IMG/VR virus record: IMGVR_UViG_3300009285_000029
Direction: 5' to 3' (one strand)
Origin: a virus
DNA length: 39,981 bases
The notes under the pieces are model-generated. The model searched no databases. It was not told the DNA's origin and worked only from the letters and a program-made list of their open reading frames with translations. Shown piece by piece: positions 38,111 to 39,981 of the stretch. How positions within the stretch are numbered: position 1 is the stretch's first letter; the number at the start of each line of letters is the position of its first letter. Made by a program: the position numbers and the translations under genes.

Positions 38111-39607
38111 TTGCATCCTGAGATAACCTTCGACGCGCCGCTGGGCTGGGTGCGCGTCCGCCATGAGCGGGACTTTTGGGTTTGCGACAATGGCAAACGG
38201 GTAGTCTCCCGCAAGCAATGTCCAGAGTTCGACGATTCCGGCTACACCGGCTCTTATGCTTATCCGGCGGGCTTCAAGCTGTTCACATCGCCCAAGTCTG
38301 GCTACCGCTATCTCCCCTACACGCCTTCCTGGTTTTTGTTCCTGAAAGACCCGAGGATAAACGCGCCCTGGGTAGCGGCGAAGGCCATCATTCTCAATCA
38401 AGGATTGTTCAACACCAAACCCAACCGCGGCCGCGGCTTCCTGGATGCACAGCCTATCCCTGACCCGCCGTGGGCGGAGCCGCCACGGGCTGAGTGCCTC
38501 ACCAGCACCTATGCCATTCACAAGGTGTTGGAGAGAAAGAACGGCAGTACCAGGATCGAGACCTTCAAACTTTCAGATCCCGCTCCCGACCCGCTAATCT
38601 ACAACCACACCACGACACCCTGGCTTTTCTACCCTTTCATGGCGATTGACGACCTCGGCAATCTAAGCTACAACTGGGGCAACGAGAACCATGTTCCCTG
38701 CATTTCAATAGACGGGAGCGCGTGGATTACAGACGAGAAGCTGGAATTTCTAGCGGAATACCCAACAGCGCCGCCACCGGAGGAACCGATGCCAGAACCA
38801 GTGAAACGAACACGAGCACATGGCCTTGACGTGCATCCAAAGTGGCAGGGGATTTATACGTCTGACGACATCGAGGAGGGCTTCCCGCCTCCCGCCATCA
38901 TTTTCCAGAAGGCCGCGGATGGGGAATTCGATTACACTGAGCCGGGCAACTATTCTTACTGGCTTCCACAATATCTCTCATTCGCCGACGAAGTGCCTGT
39001 GCTGGGAGGCTATCACTGGTTCCAGACCGAACTGCCAGGGAAAGCACAGGCCGTCGTTGCCCTCAAGATCATCAGAAAACGAACGGTACGAAGGGGCCGA
39101 GAGCGCAAACTCTACGATGTCTGGGCTGTTGATTACGAGGGCTATCAAAATCAGATCAACGAAGATACTGCTTGGGAGCTTGTGGCCTACGTTGAGCATA
39201 TCCGCACCGAGGAACCGGACGCAAAGTTACTCCTTTACATAAACGGTTCGACCTACACCTTTTTGCGCAGCGTCCTCGGAGACTGGCTGGACAGTATCGA
39301 CATCTGGTTTGCCGGAGGCCCTTACTACAATCAGCCGCTCATCGAGCAGATCGCGGATGACATATACCCCAAAGACAGCAATGGCAATCCAATTCCCTTC
39401 GAGTTCTGGCAGTACAGCGCCGATCTCAACAAGGCCGCCGACGAAAATGATTTCGAGAATGGCGAGGAGGCAAGCATCGACGTGGACGTTTATGAGGGTA
39501 CACCGGCTAAACTGATGCTCAAATACAGCGACGGTATTATGGACGCGGTGTTGAAGCTGGGCGGTTACTGGAAGATGCGCTATTGGGACAGACCGAGGAT
39601 GGTCTGA
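38111..39607 (+). CDS. Endolysin: unknown N-terminal domain (about 230 aa), Pro-rich linker, then a C-terminal GH25 muramidase domain
   Basis: TTG start with GGAGG 5 nt upstream. GH25 motifs compared with Cpl-1: GLDVHPKWQG (DVSSHNG), IIFQKAADGE (IIKISE), LGGYHWFQ (GFYHFARF), WAVDYE (LVLDYE), LLLYINGSTY (IYYSG), IWFAGGPYY (LWIAGY), FWQYSADLN (WWQYSS). Confidence 0.85.
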   Translation: MHPEITFDAPLGWVRVRHERDFWVCDNGKRVVSRKQCPEFDDSGYTGSYAYPAGFKLFTSPKSGYRYLPYTPSWFLFLKDPRINAPWVAAKAIILNQGLFNTKPNRGRGFLDAQPIPDPPWAEPPRAECLTSTYAIHKVLERKNGSTRIETFKLSDPAPDPLIYNHTTTPWLFYPFMAIDDLGNLSYNWGNENHVPCISIDGSAWITDEKLEFLAEYPTAPPPEEPMPEPVKRTRAHGLDVHPKWQGIYTSDDIEEGFPPPAIIFQKAADGEFDYTEPGNYSYWLPQYLSFADEVPVLGGYHWFQTELPGKAQAVVALKIIRKRTVRRGRERKLYDVWAVDYEGYQNQINEDTAWELVAYVEHIRTEEPDAKLLLYINGSTYTFLRSVLGDWLDSIDIWFAGGPYYNQPLIEQIADDIYPKDSNGNPIPFEFWQYSADLNKAADENDFENGEEASIDVDVYEGTPAKLMLKYSDGIMDAVLKLGGYWKMRYWDRPRMV

Positions 39608-39609
39608 GG

Positions 39610-39927
39610 ATGCCGCCGAAGCAAAACATCACGGTAAGCGAAGAGCGCCTCAACCTGGCACTCGCCACCTTTGAACTCAAAGTCACTCGTGAGATCGCGG
39701 CTTCGGAGGATCGCACCCGCACCCGCATCGAGGAGGTAAAGACAGCAATCGCAGGCAACCCCGAAATGATCGCTGGGATGAGGGCCAGGATTGCGGACAA
39801 CACAGAAGACATCGAGGCTTTGCAGGCGAGCGATAAACGCTGGACGACGATTGCGATCTTGGCCTCGAGCGTGATCTCCGGCGTGATCTCCGGCATTTCG
39901 GCTTTGTGGGGGGGGCAGAACAAGTAG
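39610..39927 (+). CDS. C-terminally anchored membrane protein of the lysis cassette (holin/antiholin-like or other lysis accessory)
   Basis: ATG 39610 lies 3 nt after the endolysin stop, with GAGGA 10 nt upstream. It has a soluble helical N-terminus, then WTTIAILASSVISGVISGISALWGG. The G8 run and the stop lie inside the terminal repeat. Confidence 0.6.
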   Translation: MPPKQNITVSEERLNLALATFELKVTREIAASEDRTRTRIEEVKTAIAGNPEMIAGMRARIADNTEDIEALQASDKRWTTIAILASSVISGVISGISALWGGQNK

Positions 39928-39981
39928 AACTTTCGGCCTTATTTGGTGTTTATCTAGCAAGGCAATCCACTACTCTTTCGG
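39905..39981. repeat. Terminal direct repeat copy 2, an exact duplicate of 1..77
   Basis: Read directly; see the feature at 1..77. Confidence 0.97.

Noticed and set aside
1-39981. Integrase, excisionase, partition system, DNA polymerase, tape measure, sheath and tube genes
   Set aside because: I looked for tyrosine and serine recombinase motifs, polymerase motifs and a long Gly/Ala-rich tape-measure ORF downstream of the capsid gene, and recognised none. Absence by eye is weak evidence and needs profile searches.

Overview
The window is a complete, circularly closing dsDNA tailed-phage genome. Bases 1-77 are repeated exactly at 39905-39981, giving a unique length of 39,904 bp. GC content is high, most genes have GGAGG-type ribosome-binding sites, and many neighbouring genes overlap at ATGA/TAATG junctions. 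I read four transcription blocks. (1) 528-6356 on the minus strand holds early and replication genes: an XRE-type HTH, an HTH_36-like replication initiator, a G39P-like helicase loader and a VRR-NUC nuclease. (2) 6463-11080 on the plus strand holds early/middle genes. It starts at a consensus promoter, and its first gene encodes a protein with 16 copies of a 7-aa repeat. (3) 11140-13837 on the minus strand holds about 12 very small genes, a pentapeptide-repeat protein and two families of repeated intercistronic elements. (4) 13996-39927, continuing across the circular junction to 87-422, is the late plus-strand block. In order it holds packaging genes, large terminase, portal, a LysM/Gly-Tyr-rich protein, a 2,242-aa giant protein, scaffold, major capsid, a decoration-like protein, a sialyltransferase/DUF115-like enzyme, tail genes, a C1q-like fibre, a GH25 endolysin and holin-like proteins. 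I recognised no tape measure, sheath or tube gene, so a podovirus-like virion is inferred. I also recognised no integrase, DNA polymerase, tRNA or CRISPR array. Promoter candidates share an extended -10 element (TGnTAnnnT), and three first genes appear leaderless. All functional calls come from reading motifs by eye plus synteny; no database search was run.
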